A stretch of 63,968 nucleotides of DNA, the filler included, from Psammoneis japonica (Eukaryota), in assembly GCA_008632985.1 (NCBI GenBank). It is 4 parts of 4 records of this genome, joined end to end, with 100 filler letters (N's around TTAATTAATTAA, not from the genome) between each part and the next. Parts side by side here need not be neighbours in the genome. Positions count along the whole stretch, not along the records: positions 1 to 18,599 come from QPGO01000466.1; positions 18,700 to 37,237 come from QPGO01000468.1; 2 more parts are not named here. The stretch is one strand, 5' to 3'. The notes under the pieces are model-generated. The model saw nothing but the letters and a program-made list of their open reading frames with translations. It searched no databases and was not told the DNA's origin. Positions 12,371-25,606 of the stretch are shown piece by piece (position 1 is the stretch's first letter; every line of letters starts with the position of its first letter). The position numbers and the translations under genes were made by a program.

Positions 12371-14173
12371 CCAGGGCAGAAACAATTTGACTGTCCATGT
12401 GTCTCTCCCACAAGCACCCACAGTGCACAAAGAGAATGCCAAAGAGAATGCCAAATGACTCAAGTTTGTGCACACACCCAAGAAAGTGTGTTTCCTCATC
12501 AATTGATTGGCTGCTTGTCACACCTCATCACATCTCCCTTTCTCTCCCCCCCCCCCCCCCCGAGATCTTCTTTGTCACATTTGAAATTTCTCAACACTCT
12601 TCCTTGTTTTTGTTGCTCAGGAGCTTGCCAGACGAGCTCCCCCTTTCCCATGAGCTTCTTTGTTCAGCATGGCAAAAATGGCACACAGACCATCATCAAG
12701 AGTGCACAGTGTTGAAATGATCAATGCAATTAATTTGTGAGTCAACGAGAACATTGTGACAGAAAATCCCATGGCAATGAGCGATTGTGGTGCGGACAGT
12801 GGGCGAAGGATGGGTGGCAGATGGACGGGCAGGGTGGGCACATGATGTGTGTCTGCACACACACACACACACACATGGCATGTGATGCCTCTTGTTTCTG
12901 CGGTGGAATGACGGATGCCATGATCACACATGCTGTGTGCATGATGTGTTGTGCACACTGCACAGCACTTCCAGAGCCCTGCCGGTGCAGCACATGATGA
13001 TGATGTGCTGTCTGTCACACAGTGCAGCATGTGCAGTGGCTGCACAATTAATGAACATGTCATCACTTGGCAAGCAAACACTTTTTGAATTGTCAACTGT
13101 CATCTTTCTGCCAAAAAATCTTGATTTGTAAGTTCATCAAAAAGCAGCTCTTAAATTTGATGCTGTGCATCCATTTCTAAAACAAGCACTTTTTGAAATC
13201 TGGTCATGGTCTGGTGCTTCTTCATGTTGATCAAAGGCTTTTGAAAATGACAGCACATAAATTTGATGCTGCACTCCTTTTTTCCCAATGAGCGCTTTTT
13301 GGATTTTTGAAGTCAACTGATCAACAAGACTCCTCCACTGGCCCACAAAATCAAAAGATCTGCACATTCTCACAATTTTGTTTTTTGTGTCACAGAAAGT
13401 CAGTGCTTTGTGTTTGTCATTCAACAATTGCTGTGCTGTCCTTGATCAACAAAGAGAATGAAAGTTTTTGTGATGTTCTTTGAGGGCCTGGTGACCAATG
13501 CCCCATGATGTTCTTTTCCAAATCTGCGTGTGCAGAATTCACAAGTGTGATGGCAAAGAACATGCCGCAGCTGCTCTCTGACAAATGAACTTGCTCTGCC
13601 AACTCTGACACATGCTTTTTGACCCTTTCTTGTAGACTCGAAATGGCACTGATCCTGGCATCAAGCATGAAACCGATTCCAAGAGCAATGAACCTGCTTG
13701 GAGTCAGGAGCACCAAGGTGATCAGGGAAGACTTTGCGGTCATGGCTGCTCCAACCATCAGAGCAGCCACAGACCTGAGACACCATTGGGAGGGATGAGG
13801 CCATGGAGTTTGATGGGGAGGGGGGGGAGATCCAGCACCAGCATGAAATTATCCACCAGCAAGAAGAAAGCAGAAAAAGGAACAAAATCCACCAGCAAAA
13901 AGCAAGGAAAGAAGTCGTCAACTGGAAAAGGCGGCAAGAAAGGTGGTCCAAAGAAAGGAAAAAAGGAACACAATCTTCTGGCAAAAAGCAAGGAAAGAAG
14001 TTGTCGACCAGAAAAGGTGGCAAGAAAGGTGGTCCAAAGCCACACAAGGCATGCATGGATGTCGATGTGATTTTTCTCAGTCTTGAGTTGGCTTGTTCCA
14101 CCTTCTGCAAGCAGCTGGATGTGGCTTGGAAAGAACTGATGTTTGTCAGCGACATTTGTGAAGGAGCTGCAAG

Positions 14174-15291
14174 ATGCATGAGGGAGAGATGGCAAGAAGT
14201 CATTCATCACATTTTCTTGAACGTGGTGCAGAAATTGTCCCCTCTCCCATCAACATTTCTTTGGCCAATGCTGCAACAAATGTGACCAGCATTTCATTCC
14301 GCAATCTGCCAGAAGATGTTGAGTGCACTGCTCTTGTTGCAGCAACTGTTGGCAAACTCTTCCTTTCTAACAACAACCAGGCAACTGCAGTCATTTCTCC
14401 AATTGGTCCAAAATTGAAAGATGGGGTCATTGTGAAGACCTTCAACTCTTCCTTGGTTTTTGTGCGGGAAGTCTTCAGGGTTGTTGACAACACCACCACG
14501 ATGAAGGTCAAGACTTTGAATTTGACACAAGGAATGAAACTGCCAGTGATTTCACCAAAAATGCCTCACCCAGCAGAACCACTGTCTACAATCTTGCGGT
14601 GATGGGTCTCAACATTCTTGATCTGAATGCAGAAGCAGACAACGTGATTGTTGGCACTCTCAAGGATGGCAGGCCCTTCATCACGAAAGTTGGATGTGTC
14701 AATTCTGTGGATCAGTGCATCCTTGCTGTGGACAGCTCACCAATGTTCATCTTTGAAATGCTGTGTGTTGATTCCCAAGTCGATGCATTCCATGACAATG
14801 CTCGTGAGAACCTCCGCAACTTTTGCGGACAGCTTGTCAAGGAATGTTTTGTGAAGAGCAAAGCGCTGGCAAAGGCAGAGTTGGAAAAGGAATTTCCATT
14901 CAACATTCTTGATTTAGAAGAAAGTGAGGAGGTTCCAATGACCACCCCAAATGGCACCAAACTCAGAACTCTCACCTTTGATTTCACTGCAAAATTAGCT
15001 GCACATCTCAAAGCACAAGTTGTCATTGGCTCTGGTTTTAAAGCAGAGCTTGGTGCAGGATGTAACTGCCTTTTCAGCATGGGAGCTGCAGTGCAAGTTT
15101 CATTCCCAAAGACAGAAGGCAGAGATGATTTGTGGGAAGGAAAGAAAATGAAAGTGGCCCCATTTGCACTTCCTCCTCCAGTGCCAATTCCCACATTTGT
15201 CACCAGGAGGCCATTTCTTGCCTGGACCAAGTTTTCGACAGCTCATTTTGCATTGCACATCTTGGAGAAAAAACTGTCAAGTGTAGACTAA
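14174..15291 (+). pseudogene. Unidentified protein-like ORF pair (142 aa and 230 aa), TpA-depleted
   Basis: Globular-looking amino acid composition with almost no Tyr. No motif that I recognise. Confidence 0.35.
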
Positions 15292-15727
15292 ACCTTGTTT
15301 GGCCAGTTTTGTGTGGCCATTGTGAATGGAAACAACAAAAGTGACAGCAACTCTGATCCAGCCAGACACAAGTGTGCCTCTGGGGCTTCTTGTGAGCTGA
15401 TGCACATGCAGCTGCAGTTTTACCTTGGTTTGGGCACCATGCCTGGTGCAAGAAGCAGACAAAGCAATGTCCAATCCTCTTCATGTTTGGATCAGTCTCT
15501 TGCATGGCAAAGTTGTGAGTCAACTGGCCTGCCACTCTTTGTGCTGTCACAACTTCACTTTTCTTGTGCTGACTAAAAGCATTTCACAGTTGATGAACTG
15601 CAAAAGCAAACTCTTTGATTTCAGACCTCATCTCTGTTTTTTGATTGCCTCTTGTTTCAAAGTTCGTTGAGCATTGAAAAGCCTCAAAGCAAGGGGGCTC
15701 ACTTCTTGCCTGCAAAAATGTCAGCAG

Positions 15728-16110
15728 TGTTGTTTGAATGCTTGTGCACTATGCTCGAAGAACGAGTGTAAACGAAAGTAGAATAGTGTACGAAAAGTGG
15801 AAATTATGAGATTAAATTTTGCTCTGTGATTTTGGTTTCTCCGAACGAGTTCTCAATGGCCTAAAGCTTCTGTACTGCTTCTACAGACAAAAGGCCTTTC
15901 GGAGAATATATTTGTGACAACAGATTGTCCGGATACGATTGCCATTGACACGTAAGATGTCAACATCGTCAATCGATCGTATTTGCAATTCTCGACATCC
16001 GATCAACTCTGTGTGATCGTTCTGTCCTTTGTACGCATCCACGACTGTGGTACGATTGACATATAAATAATATATAATCATATATATGTATATAACAGTC
16101 GCATACTGCA
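15728..16110 (-). repeat. Gypsy 3' LTR
   Basis: Reverse complement is homologous to 54377-54773. Starts TGCAGTA after a purine-rich tract. Ends approximate. Confidence 0.75.
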
Positions 16111-18599
16111 TTCGCCTCCCTAATTGCACATTAGAGTCATTTGTTAAGTGGATTATTCGACGGATATTGACAGTGTCAATAATGTCTCCACGTTCACTGT
16201 ATTGTGCCATTAGTAATGACTGTTGTCGTTTTGTATAGGCATGTGGGGCCGTTCCAATTTCCGAATGTCTTATGAGAGTGACATCGTTTGTTTCTCACTT
16301 TATATATGTATATATAGTATTACGTCGAGTATTCTCGTTGACGTTCTTTGTTGATATGAACACAAGGACCAATTGTCCTGCAGTGTTTTTCATGATATCG
16401 ATTGTACATAGCATTGTGCCCAGTACTTAATGTACGCTCTTAATTATGGCGTTCACTTACTTACTTCTTGTGGATTTCATGTAGTTTGGCGGGCTTACTT
16501 TATATGCCATATTGCTCTGCTGCACTACCACGTTTCATAAGTAATAATAAACGATGGTCAAAGATATTATGACCATTTCGTCTTGATAATCAATCCTGTG
16601 ATGGTTATGAATTCCATTATGGATTTTTTTTTGTACTTCAACCATCTATCAGTTGGATTTTAATCGTTATTTGGACGTTTCTTTCTGACATACCGGTGTT
16701 ATTTTGTCATTCCGAAGGCACTGGTTTCGTGCACTAAGTGGATAAATGTCCATTTTTCTTTTCTTTTTCTAGATCTTTGGCACATCTCGTGTGTCGACAT
16801 GATGTGTGTTTTAATGTCTTGCCTCGTACATTGTACAATACAACCGTACGGGTGTTGTGAGATTGTCTTTTGCCAGTGTGAAGTGGATGCGTATAATGTG
16901 TGCCAATCTGTCACTGTTTTTTCCTAAATCGTCCTTTAAAAAGGCGATTTTTTCCTTGTGACATGAGCATTTTTGATCTCGCTCGCCTCCACGAAAAGTG
17001 TTCGTATGACATGTCGCGTCCGACAATTTGGAGGAAATGTCTTTATCCCGTTTTAACGGTGGGACATTGTCGTAGGATTCAATTTTCTATGGCAAGTCGG
17101 CTGATCGCGTCTGTCGCGACGATGTTCGCCTTGCCCTCGTTGCATTCTAATTTGGGGCTGAAGTTGTCAACGTATGACTTTGTCCGTTGTGTCTTGTGAT
17201 CCGCACATGCACAAATCTGTTGGCCAAACAGCACATTTCGGAATTTTATAAGTGTTTTCACTGTGGACAGAAGTTCTTTTTTCCGTTGCAACATGTGACA
17301 TTGAATTTACGTGCATGATGACAATGTGGTTTTTGATTTGATGCGCTCCATATTTTCGGAGACTTTTCGTTCCGTACTTGTGCTTTTGCCGTTTGACCTT
17401 TGTTGAGGTGAATTTGGCTGGCATTGTGCAGGAGATCGTTGAGACTGCATGTCTCGACAACAGCAACGTATGACAACGAGATGTCGCAGTGTTCTTTACG
17501 TTTTTCTCTCAGAGCGACTCATTCAGAGCAATTTCATTCTTAAGACTTCAATCTTTCATAACAGGTCAAACTCCTTTTGATTGGACGCCTCCAAAGACTA
17601 TGACAGGAGAAGGTTCTCACGCGTCGTGGAATCGCGTCAGATTTTCCACGATGAGATCCACTGATGCTTCCCACACATTCGTCTGAGGAACTTTTCAAAA
17701 CGATTTCAACCTCTTAAGAAGAAGATTGAGTTGGTTGTGTTCATTTGGGTTAGATGCATCGCCGCAGTTGTCACTTGATTAAGATTGATGGCGTGACAAT
17801 GTGAGTCGAGGACCATTGGTTCCGTTGTCAACTCCATTCATGGCGTCATGTTTTTCAATGTGATCGGTTTTCAGCTTGAAAACATCGGCATCGAAGAGTG
17901 TATGAACATTCTTCATAAGGTAATTGCTTCTTCCCATTAGATTTCTTCATTTGCGTAGTCCAATGTGACTTGCAGGACTGGACATTAAGTCGCGTCCCAT
18001 GATCACATCATTTGAACCTGAAGAAAATTTGGTGTTTTCAACACACACTGTTTGCATGTCAGCATGCCTTAAATTTCGCATGGTGAGAACTGAATTCGGT
18101 GTTTGCTGTCAGTCGTAAAGAGCTCACCCTTGGTTTCCCAAGTTTTTGGTGGCGGATTCTTGTGTTCTCAACTTTCGCACGAATTTGCGCAAAATTGTGG
18201 TTGACGATGTTCCGTCATCGACAGGAACACGCAGATGCTTTTTTTTTTTCTCTCCTTTCCCAAGGAAGCATTCATATAAATGATGACTCCTGGACCAGTG
18301 TGAATTATTTCTGCCTTTTTTCTAGGCTTCCTAACATCCAGCAAAGCATGCAATTCGTGAACAGACCAAAATTATTCTTCGGATTCAGTCTGGATCATCC
18401 GATCAAATTGGCATTTTTCTTCACTGAGGGCATCAGAATCTGATTCTTTGCCCTTGTGCTCTTTTTCTTTGTTCAAGAACTCGCTTTGAGCATTTTTTGA
18501 ACCGCCTGATCAATCATGACGTTCATCTCTTTTTTTGCGAGCGGCATTTTCGTCATCGCGACGCGACCGCGTGCGATTGCCATTTGAACGGCGCATTTT
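15728..18599 (-). mobile_element. 3' part of a highly degenerate Ty3/gypsy element (gag end, protease, RNase H, integrase remnants, 3' LTR)
   Basis: 18480-18599 is homologous to the gag end at 55720-55800. Other remnants: DVIMGRDL (protease), ELLSTVKTLIKFRNVLFGQQI...DHK...NIVATDAISRL (RNase H), FRGGE...KEKI...DWH...KTISQH (integrase). LTR at 15728-16110. Confidence 0.8.
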
Positions 18600-18699
18600 N
18601 NNNNNNNNNNNNNNNNNNNNNNNNNNNNNNNNNNNNNNNNNNNTTAATTAATTAANNNNNNNNNNNNNNNNNNNNNNNNNNNNNNNNNNNNNNNNNNNN
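18600..18699. other. Artificial contig spacer
   Basis: 44 N + TTAATTAATTAA (stops in all six frames) + 44 N. Confidence 0.98.
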
Positions 18700-21600
18700 A
18701 TGAAGTTCCAGAACATGAGGGGGCGGAGAAGGTCCCAGACTTGGGAGCAACCCCAATGCTTGCTGAGAATGTCAGCAGGGTTGCGGGAGCCTTCAATGAA
18801 GTGGAACTCAAGGTGACCAGAGGCAATTGCCTCACGCACACGGTGGAACGACAGCACGGTGTGTCGCTTGTGCAACTTGGAGTGCGGGATGGTGGCACTG
18901 TCTACAACCGACTTGTTGTCACCGAACATGTAACTAATGTCACGGATCGGGACGCCGAGGCAGTGCAGGGTGATGCGCAGGTCGATAATCTGCTCGACAC
19001 AAGTCCTCGCGGCAACAAATTCAGACCCGTAGGTCGCAGTCTCCACGGTGGCTTGCTTCTTAGAGAACCAATCAGCCGGGAATTTGTTGAGGAAGTGGAG
19101 CATTCCCATGACAGAGCATCTGGTGAGCATGCAATGGCACAAGTTTGCATCGACGTAGTGGGTGGTAGTGACGAACTTGCCAAGGGGCGGTGGAGCGTCC
19201 TTCGGGATCATCTCTTCTGCTTCGCCGTACACGGAATGCATCCATTCACAGGCCGGAGCAGGGAGATCCGAACAGTTGGGCTCTTCCATGCGAACGCGGA
19301 GAGCACCGTGTCGCATCTTGGAGAGGCACCCACAGACGCGTTTGGCATGATCCAAGTGGCCTTGACGGGGTGCAGCTCGGAAGCTAGAGAGTGACATGAC
19401 GGCCGTGGTGATGTCAATTCGACCAAGGGACACTGCCCATTGGAGTGAACCAACAAGAGACTGGAACTGGTGAATGCCATCGGGCCCCAGCAGTTCGGAA
19501 GTGTCCAGTTCGGGGTGGTCACCCTTCTCCAGAGGTGACAGGGCGTTGGTGGCAGGTTTCTCCCCAAAAAGTCATGTGTGGCTGTCGACCATGCGTTCAA
19601 TGTACTTGTGCGGAGACAGGCACAAGGTGCCGTCAGGATCCCGGGAAAAGTCACAGCCTAGATGGAACTCAATCGGTCCTGCACCCTTGAGCTTGAACTT
19701 GCACTTTTCCGTGAGAGCATCGACGAAAGATTGAGGGTCCTTCATGGCAATGGCGAGGTCATCCACATAAACGGCAATGTGTTCGTAGTGGTCGCCGTTC
19801 CTGCACATCCAAATGTCGGGTTCGGCACGGCAGGGGAAGAAACCTTCAGCTCGTAGGCAGTCGGTGAAGCGCTCGTGCCAGCGGAGGCCGGAGCTGCGCA
19901 GTCCATGCAGGGCCTTGTGGATGACAAGAATGTGGCCTTCGAGTTTGCCAAATTTGGGTCCAGCTACAATGTACAGCTTCTCCTTGGTGGTGGCTTCAAG
20001 GCAGGCATTGCCAATGTCGGTGGCCCATGTCTCCAACTCGTTGAGTTCGGCCAGGAAAATCATCAGCCGAAGGCCACGGAGGGAGACTGCTCCGGAGCAG
20101 ACACTGTCGATGGGTACGTCCGTGAGGTGCCCATCGGCTATGAGTCGTGCCTTGTGGCGACCGTCATGTTTCACGTTGTACACTGGGTGCACTCGGATCT
20201 TCTTGTGTCCCGCAGGAGGAGTGGAAGACTCGGAGGGCCCGCAGTCATGAAAGACTTCGTATTCATCGAGTTGGTCCATCTCGAGATTAGTTGCGTCTCC
20301 CCATTTGCGGTTGCCATTGCGTTCGTCCAGTGACATGGCGTGTTTGTAGTTCCGGGGAACTTTGCATCCATGCTTGTAGCGAGGTGCAGTGCGGAAGGAG
20401 CGAAGCTTGGCTTGGTTGGCCATGCGGAACAGCTTCTTCTGGCACCTCGCGATGGTGTGGAACCACTTCCAGCCATCAGTGTCGAGAAGTCCGTTCTCTC
20501 GTGCATAGATGGCGCAGGTGACAGGGTCGTCCTTGGCGATGATGGCAAGAGGCTTGGACGTGATCTCCCCACTTTCCCATTCAAGCACAATGTTGTAGCT
20601 TGAGCCTTTCCAGGTTGGGTCATGAGGCTTCAGAGGTCCTTCGTGTGACACGATGCGTCGAAATTTCCAAACAGCAGTGTCTTCGTCTTCTTGCTCAATG
20701 TGATTCATGATGTCGTTGTGGGCCAGGACTTCCTCGTATTTGTTGTTGTTGACAGAGCAGATGAACTTAGTGAGCTCGGGGTTGCCGTTCACTTTCCATT
20801 CGTGGTCTTCGACGGCCTTGACGATGCGAGCTCTGTGGCATTGTCCGTCCTCTTGTGGCTGCATGAGGAAGGTGCGTCCGATGATGTCTTGCGGATCGAA
20901 AACTGGCATCTTGGGTGTCCTGATCTCCCCATCAGGAGAATCGACGGGGTTGTCGTCATGGCGAGATTTGATGATGGGTTCAGGTGGCTCCCCATCAGGA
21001 GGATCAAGACGCAGGTTTCGAACAGCAGGATCGGTGGTAGCGGATCGTACGTTGGACCGGCAGAGGATCTTCTGAGTCTTGTCAGAGAGAATCTTGAAGG
21101 TCATCTGGTGACCAACGTGCTCAGCAATGCCAACAAAGCGTCCACGCAACTCACGGGATTCGGACGGCCAATCGGAGTCATCGAGGTGGAAGTGCATGGG
21201 TTCCCACCAGTGAAAGCAAAGCAATGGGCTGATGTCCGGGGTGGAGCCAGTGAGAGTCTCGAGGGGCGTGCGCCACTGGAGACGTGGGGACGCTGCATGG
21301 TTGAGCATGAAGCACACGCACATGAGCGCCAGCAGCCATGTGTGGGCAGGCAAACCGAAACGATCCATGACAGTGTTCGCCATGCACTTCACGGTCTGGT
21401 GTCGACGTTCGGCAAAGTTTTGGTGTTGCTGGTGAGGCTCACTTTGCCAGCTGGAGACAAAGAGGGCTCGTAGGATCCCGAGCACCTTGTTGCTGATCTC
21501 AACTTGAGCACGGTCGCTAATGAGTTTGGATGGAGCACCACACTCACGGATCTGATCCTCGAGTGTGTTGACAAACTCTTTGTCCGTTTTGGTGCCGTAG

Positions 21601-24481
21601 ACATCAGTGACGGTAGACTCAGTGCCAACAAACAGTTGGGCGCTGGTGCAACCAGAGTCGACGGCCGGGGTGTCAGCATGAACTGTGTCAGTGGCGATGG
21701 GCTCGTTGCGGCGGTGCACATTAAGGGCGGGGTTGGGCGATTTGCAGGCCTTCTTAAGGTGTGTACCGGCGGGCATGCGGGCGTACTGCGTGGTGCAGTT
21801 GAAAGTACGACGAACCGCATCGGCAGGTTGGAAGCCAAAGCAAGGCCGAAGAGACTCGAAGGGGGGTCCTTGGGCTGCACAGTGCGCTCCGGGGGCGGAA
21901 CATCGTCGTCCTTGGGGTCAATCGCGTGCAGATGACACTCGTAGAACACGTCGTCGTTCAGAATGAGGTGGTCATCGAGGGCGGATGCGTGATCGGCAGA
22001 CAAGGAGGCGGACATGATGGTCTTGTTGACAACGACACGGTGACGGTAGTTGCCGCATTCGTCAAATAGGTTGGCAGTGGGATTGTCCTGCAGGTCAGAG
22101 ATCGCGTCGTACCACTGGTCGTCATCAGTGATAGAGTGATCGAGGATGGAAGGATCCCATGTGTCATCACCGGCAAGGATGACATGGGGCAGGGTGTCCC
22201 ATTCGGCGTCAGTGTGGGGACGCATGGCAACATAAGGCAGGCCGCCCTTGATGTCAATTGGGATGACACAGCCATCAGGGGTGGTGACACGTTGCAAGCC
22301 ATTGGGCACCTTGACAGAGCGATCGTTGACATCATGTTTGTACCATTCGAGCTGGCCGCAGGAATGAATGGTCTTGCCCTTTCCCGTGTGTGCGCACTGA
22401 TGGAGGATGGCGATGACGGGACCACGCTGTGTCTCAATGACGGCACCAGCGGTGACAATGGGGATGTCCACCAATTGATGGTCGTCAATGCCCTGAACGT
22501 CCACTTGGCGAGAGGTGCGTGCAATGACGCGAACGTCATCACCAGCAATGCCGCCGTTGGCTCCACGATCGACTAGAGCACCAGTGCATGTGGAGCGATG
22601 AGCGGAGGCAGAGTGAATGACATTGTGGTTGTCAACACGGCGGTAAGTGTGGCCGTTAAGTTCTGTGTCATCTGCAGGAGCAGGCGAGGTAGAGGGAGCA
22701 GCGGATGGCCCCGGTCGACTGGCGTTGGGGGCTTGGTTAGGAGACAACAGGCGTTGCAGATCACCGGGTGGCAGTGGCTTGCGCTTGTTGAGGTGCGCCA
22801 GAATGGGATCATCTGAAGTGGCATCCACATTTGGAGCAGGGTCACCAGAGTCAGCAGGAGTTGTGTTGGACCAGTTGACATCACCGTCACTCCCAAGTCG
22901 TTGGTCGTGAAGGTTGACCGCAACGGACTCATGGTAGTTGCTGGCTCGCGGGTGGCAGGGAGGCGGACGAGAATGCTCAAGGATGATCGCCTTGGAGGAA
23001 TGGGGCAACGAATCCCAAATCTGTTGGTGGTCGGGAGGGAGACGTTTCCATTGGTCACCGGTGAGGCTGGGACCGCGGGTGTAGGCAGCGTTAGCCTGAA
23101 GGATGTCAATGTCACTGTCGATGTCATAGAACACATCATCGGATGGTTCCTCGGAGTAGACGTCGTGTGCGCATATGGAGCGTTGGGGAGCTCGAGGTGT
23201 CGTCTTGGGTTGAAACGTGCTGTGGCATTGAGCCGCCGCGGAGAGGAGCAAGCCACAATGTTGATCGTATGTGAGGCTCTTGCCACTCTGCGTGCGATGC
23301 TGATCAGCTTGGTTCTTGACGGCGCGGAGTTCCTCGACAGGATGTACGGCATTCTCGAGCATGACGCGCTTCTGCCCTTCAGAGAAGTGGTCACTGGCCG
23401 GGATGAGTGCCTCGCACTTGCGCAACTGATCTTGCCAATGAAGGATGAACCCGTGGGTCGGACCTTTCCAAGTACCATCACCAAGACGTGCGGTGGTAAG
23501 GTACGTGAGCAAGGTGGAGGGCTCGATGGAAGCGCGGGTGGAGGCGAGCGCATGCTCGGACAAGGCGCGGTAGACGGTCTGGGCGTCAGAAGACCCCACA
23601 TTTTCGCAAATGAGAGCCCTGCCCTTGTCGGTGAGAAGGATGCGTTCGAAGACGGTGAACATGCACTTTTGCTGTTCAGCAAAGAGCAGTTTGTCTTCGG
23701 GGCTGGTCGGTTTGTACGACGAGTCTAGAATGCACTCGACGTCTTGGGCACGGGCTTGTGCCACAAGTGAGGTGTGCCAAGTGTGCCACTGCTTGTTGGA
23801 TTTGAGAGCCGTGAAAGCGGTGGGGTCACGCTTGATGCCTCGCTTGAAGTCTCGCACTGGGTCGCGTGCCTTGGTCGGGTTGGTGACATGCGGAGGTGCG
23901 AGGGGCGAGCTGCCGACGGACACAGAAGACATGCAGTCGGGGCTGAGGCGGCAGGCAAGGAACTCCTCATGCGTGAACAACGAGGAGTCATTGGCAACGT
24001 CGAGACCTTTGTGTGCTTGGACAATGTACAGACTAACTAGAGCTGCTAACATGTTCTTATAACCGCGGGGCAAAGGGATCACATTAGTGCCGTTGTCGTA
24101 CTCAAGCGAGTCGATTTGGGACGGTATGAACGTGAACAGTTCTTGGCACGAGTCGGTGCCGTCATGGGTCAAAGCTAAACGAAGAGGGCTTCCAGCACCT
24201 TGGGCAAGCACGGTTCCCAACAACGTGCTCGAAAACCATCGGTTTGTTGCTGACGAGTGAGAACCATGACAGACAAAAGCGGTGTCAGGACAAGCGATTC
24301 TTGTTGGGACGCGAAGGTAGACTTGAAACTTGGGTGAGAATAGACTTGACTTGAAATGGACTTGACTTGAAATCTTGAACTATCCTAAAAAATCAGAAGT
24401 CGCCGGGGTGTGCTATCCCGTTCGTTGTTGAGTGCTAAACTTCCTATCCGGTCCGTAGAGTTGTGCCGGCACGTCCGAACC

Positions 24482-24878
24482 GACGCGTTCCAGACGCAGG
24501 TGGGAATCCGTGTGACATTGGGCCCATGGAATTCTACGTGCGAGCTCCGTAGTAAAATTATACGGTAATTGGAATGTCAATGTTCGCCAACAGAAAATGA
24601 GGCAATTTTGCGAACGCACAAACTCGCACATGATTGAAGTACATCGATTTTTACTTAGCCAGTTACATTCTTCAGACATTGAAGAATGTAACTGGCGCAT
24701 TGTTGTTTCTATAAATGCGTCATGTAAAACGTCTGGGGCTTCGCAAAACAGCAAGTCTGGACAATTTTTTTTTAAATATCACACGTAGAAATGTACGTGC
24801 GAAACATACGACGGATGATAAAAATTATTTGTGTCACACGTCGGTACTACGAGCTCCCACCTAGGGCTGGAACGCTTC
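24482..24878. mobile_element. MITE (397 bp) inserted in the 5' UTR of copia A copy 1
   Basis: Absent at the same site in copies 2 and 3 (empty site CCGAACCCGCAG). 4-bp TSD AACC. Imperfect ~24-bp TIRs GACGCGTTCCAGACGCAGGTGGGA / GAAGCGTTCCAGCCCTAGGTGGGA. Confidence 0.9.
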
Positions 24879-25606
24879 AACCCGCAGCCAGTGGCGCTTT
24901 GGGTTGCTTACGAGCGGAGTAGCGGGTTGTAAACCCCTGCAGGTAAGCTGACTAGAGGTGGACAAGACCCCCGAACCGTTCTTATTTTATGTCGGTTGGA
25001 TTTCCCGATCAGGCTGACCAGTTGACGTAGGCGTTAGGCGCTGTGGACGAACGAACAAACGCGGGAAAACACCCTCGCCCCAACGTAGGCTGTAATCACG
25101 GCTACTTGCTCTCACAGTCATCCTCGTGGACCTAGTAGAACTGTAGAGCACCAGTAGTCCGGGGTAGATCAGGTACAATAGACTCGGCGTGCTTGTAGAG
25201 TGGTAGCAAAGCCGCAGTCCAAAGAGTGGGTTCAAGTCCTTGGCCGTGAAGATATGTACACACATATGTCTCCAGCGACGAAGATCCTTGAATATGTAGG
25301 GTTCTTGACCGTTAACCGTTGAATGGGTATATCAAGGGATGAGGATCAAGGATAGACTTGGATATGACCGTTGAATGTATGTCTTCAGCGATAAAAGGTA
25401 GTATAATCAATCCAGATATCCAGCGGTAAGGAGACTTGACGGTGACGTTAACTTCCTGCCGATGCCTGGTATTGAATGCGCGTAGACTTGCCGATGTACG
25501 TAGAATATATACGGAGGTCCACGCAGAATTGAAATAGCGTCGTCGGTAAATCAACGACGACGATGGCGGTTGCTCAATGGGTTGACAATGAGCAAGACTG
25601 TTAATC

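Noticed and set aside
10330..13100. Numerous short Cys/His-rich ORFs as metal-binding proteins
   Set aside because: The composition follows from TG/CA enrichment in decayed repeats.
18480..18599. Joining the end of contig 1 to the end of contig 3 (55720-55810) as one gypsy element
   Set aside because: The overlap is homologous but clearly diverged, and the LTRs differ substantially. These are separate family members.
18644..18655. TTAATTAATTAA motif recurring at ~18.6-kb intervals
   Set aside because: Embedded in N runs with identical layout each time. It is an artificial six-frame-stop linker.
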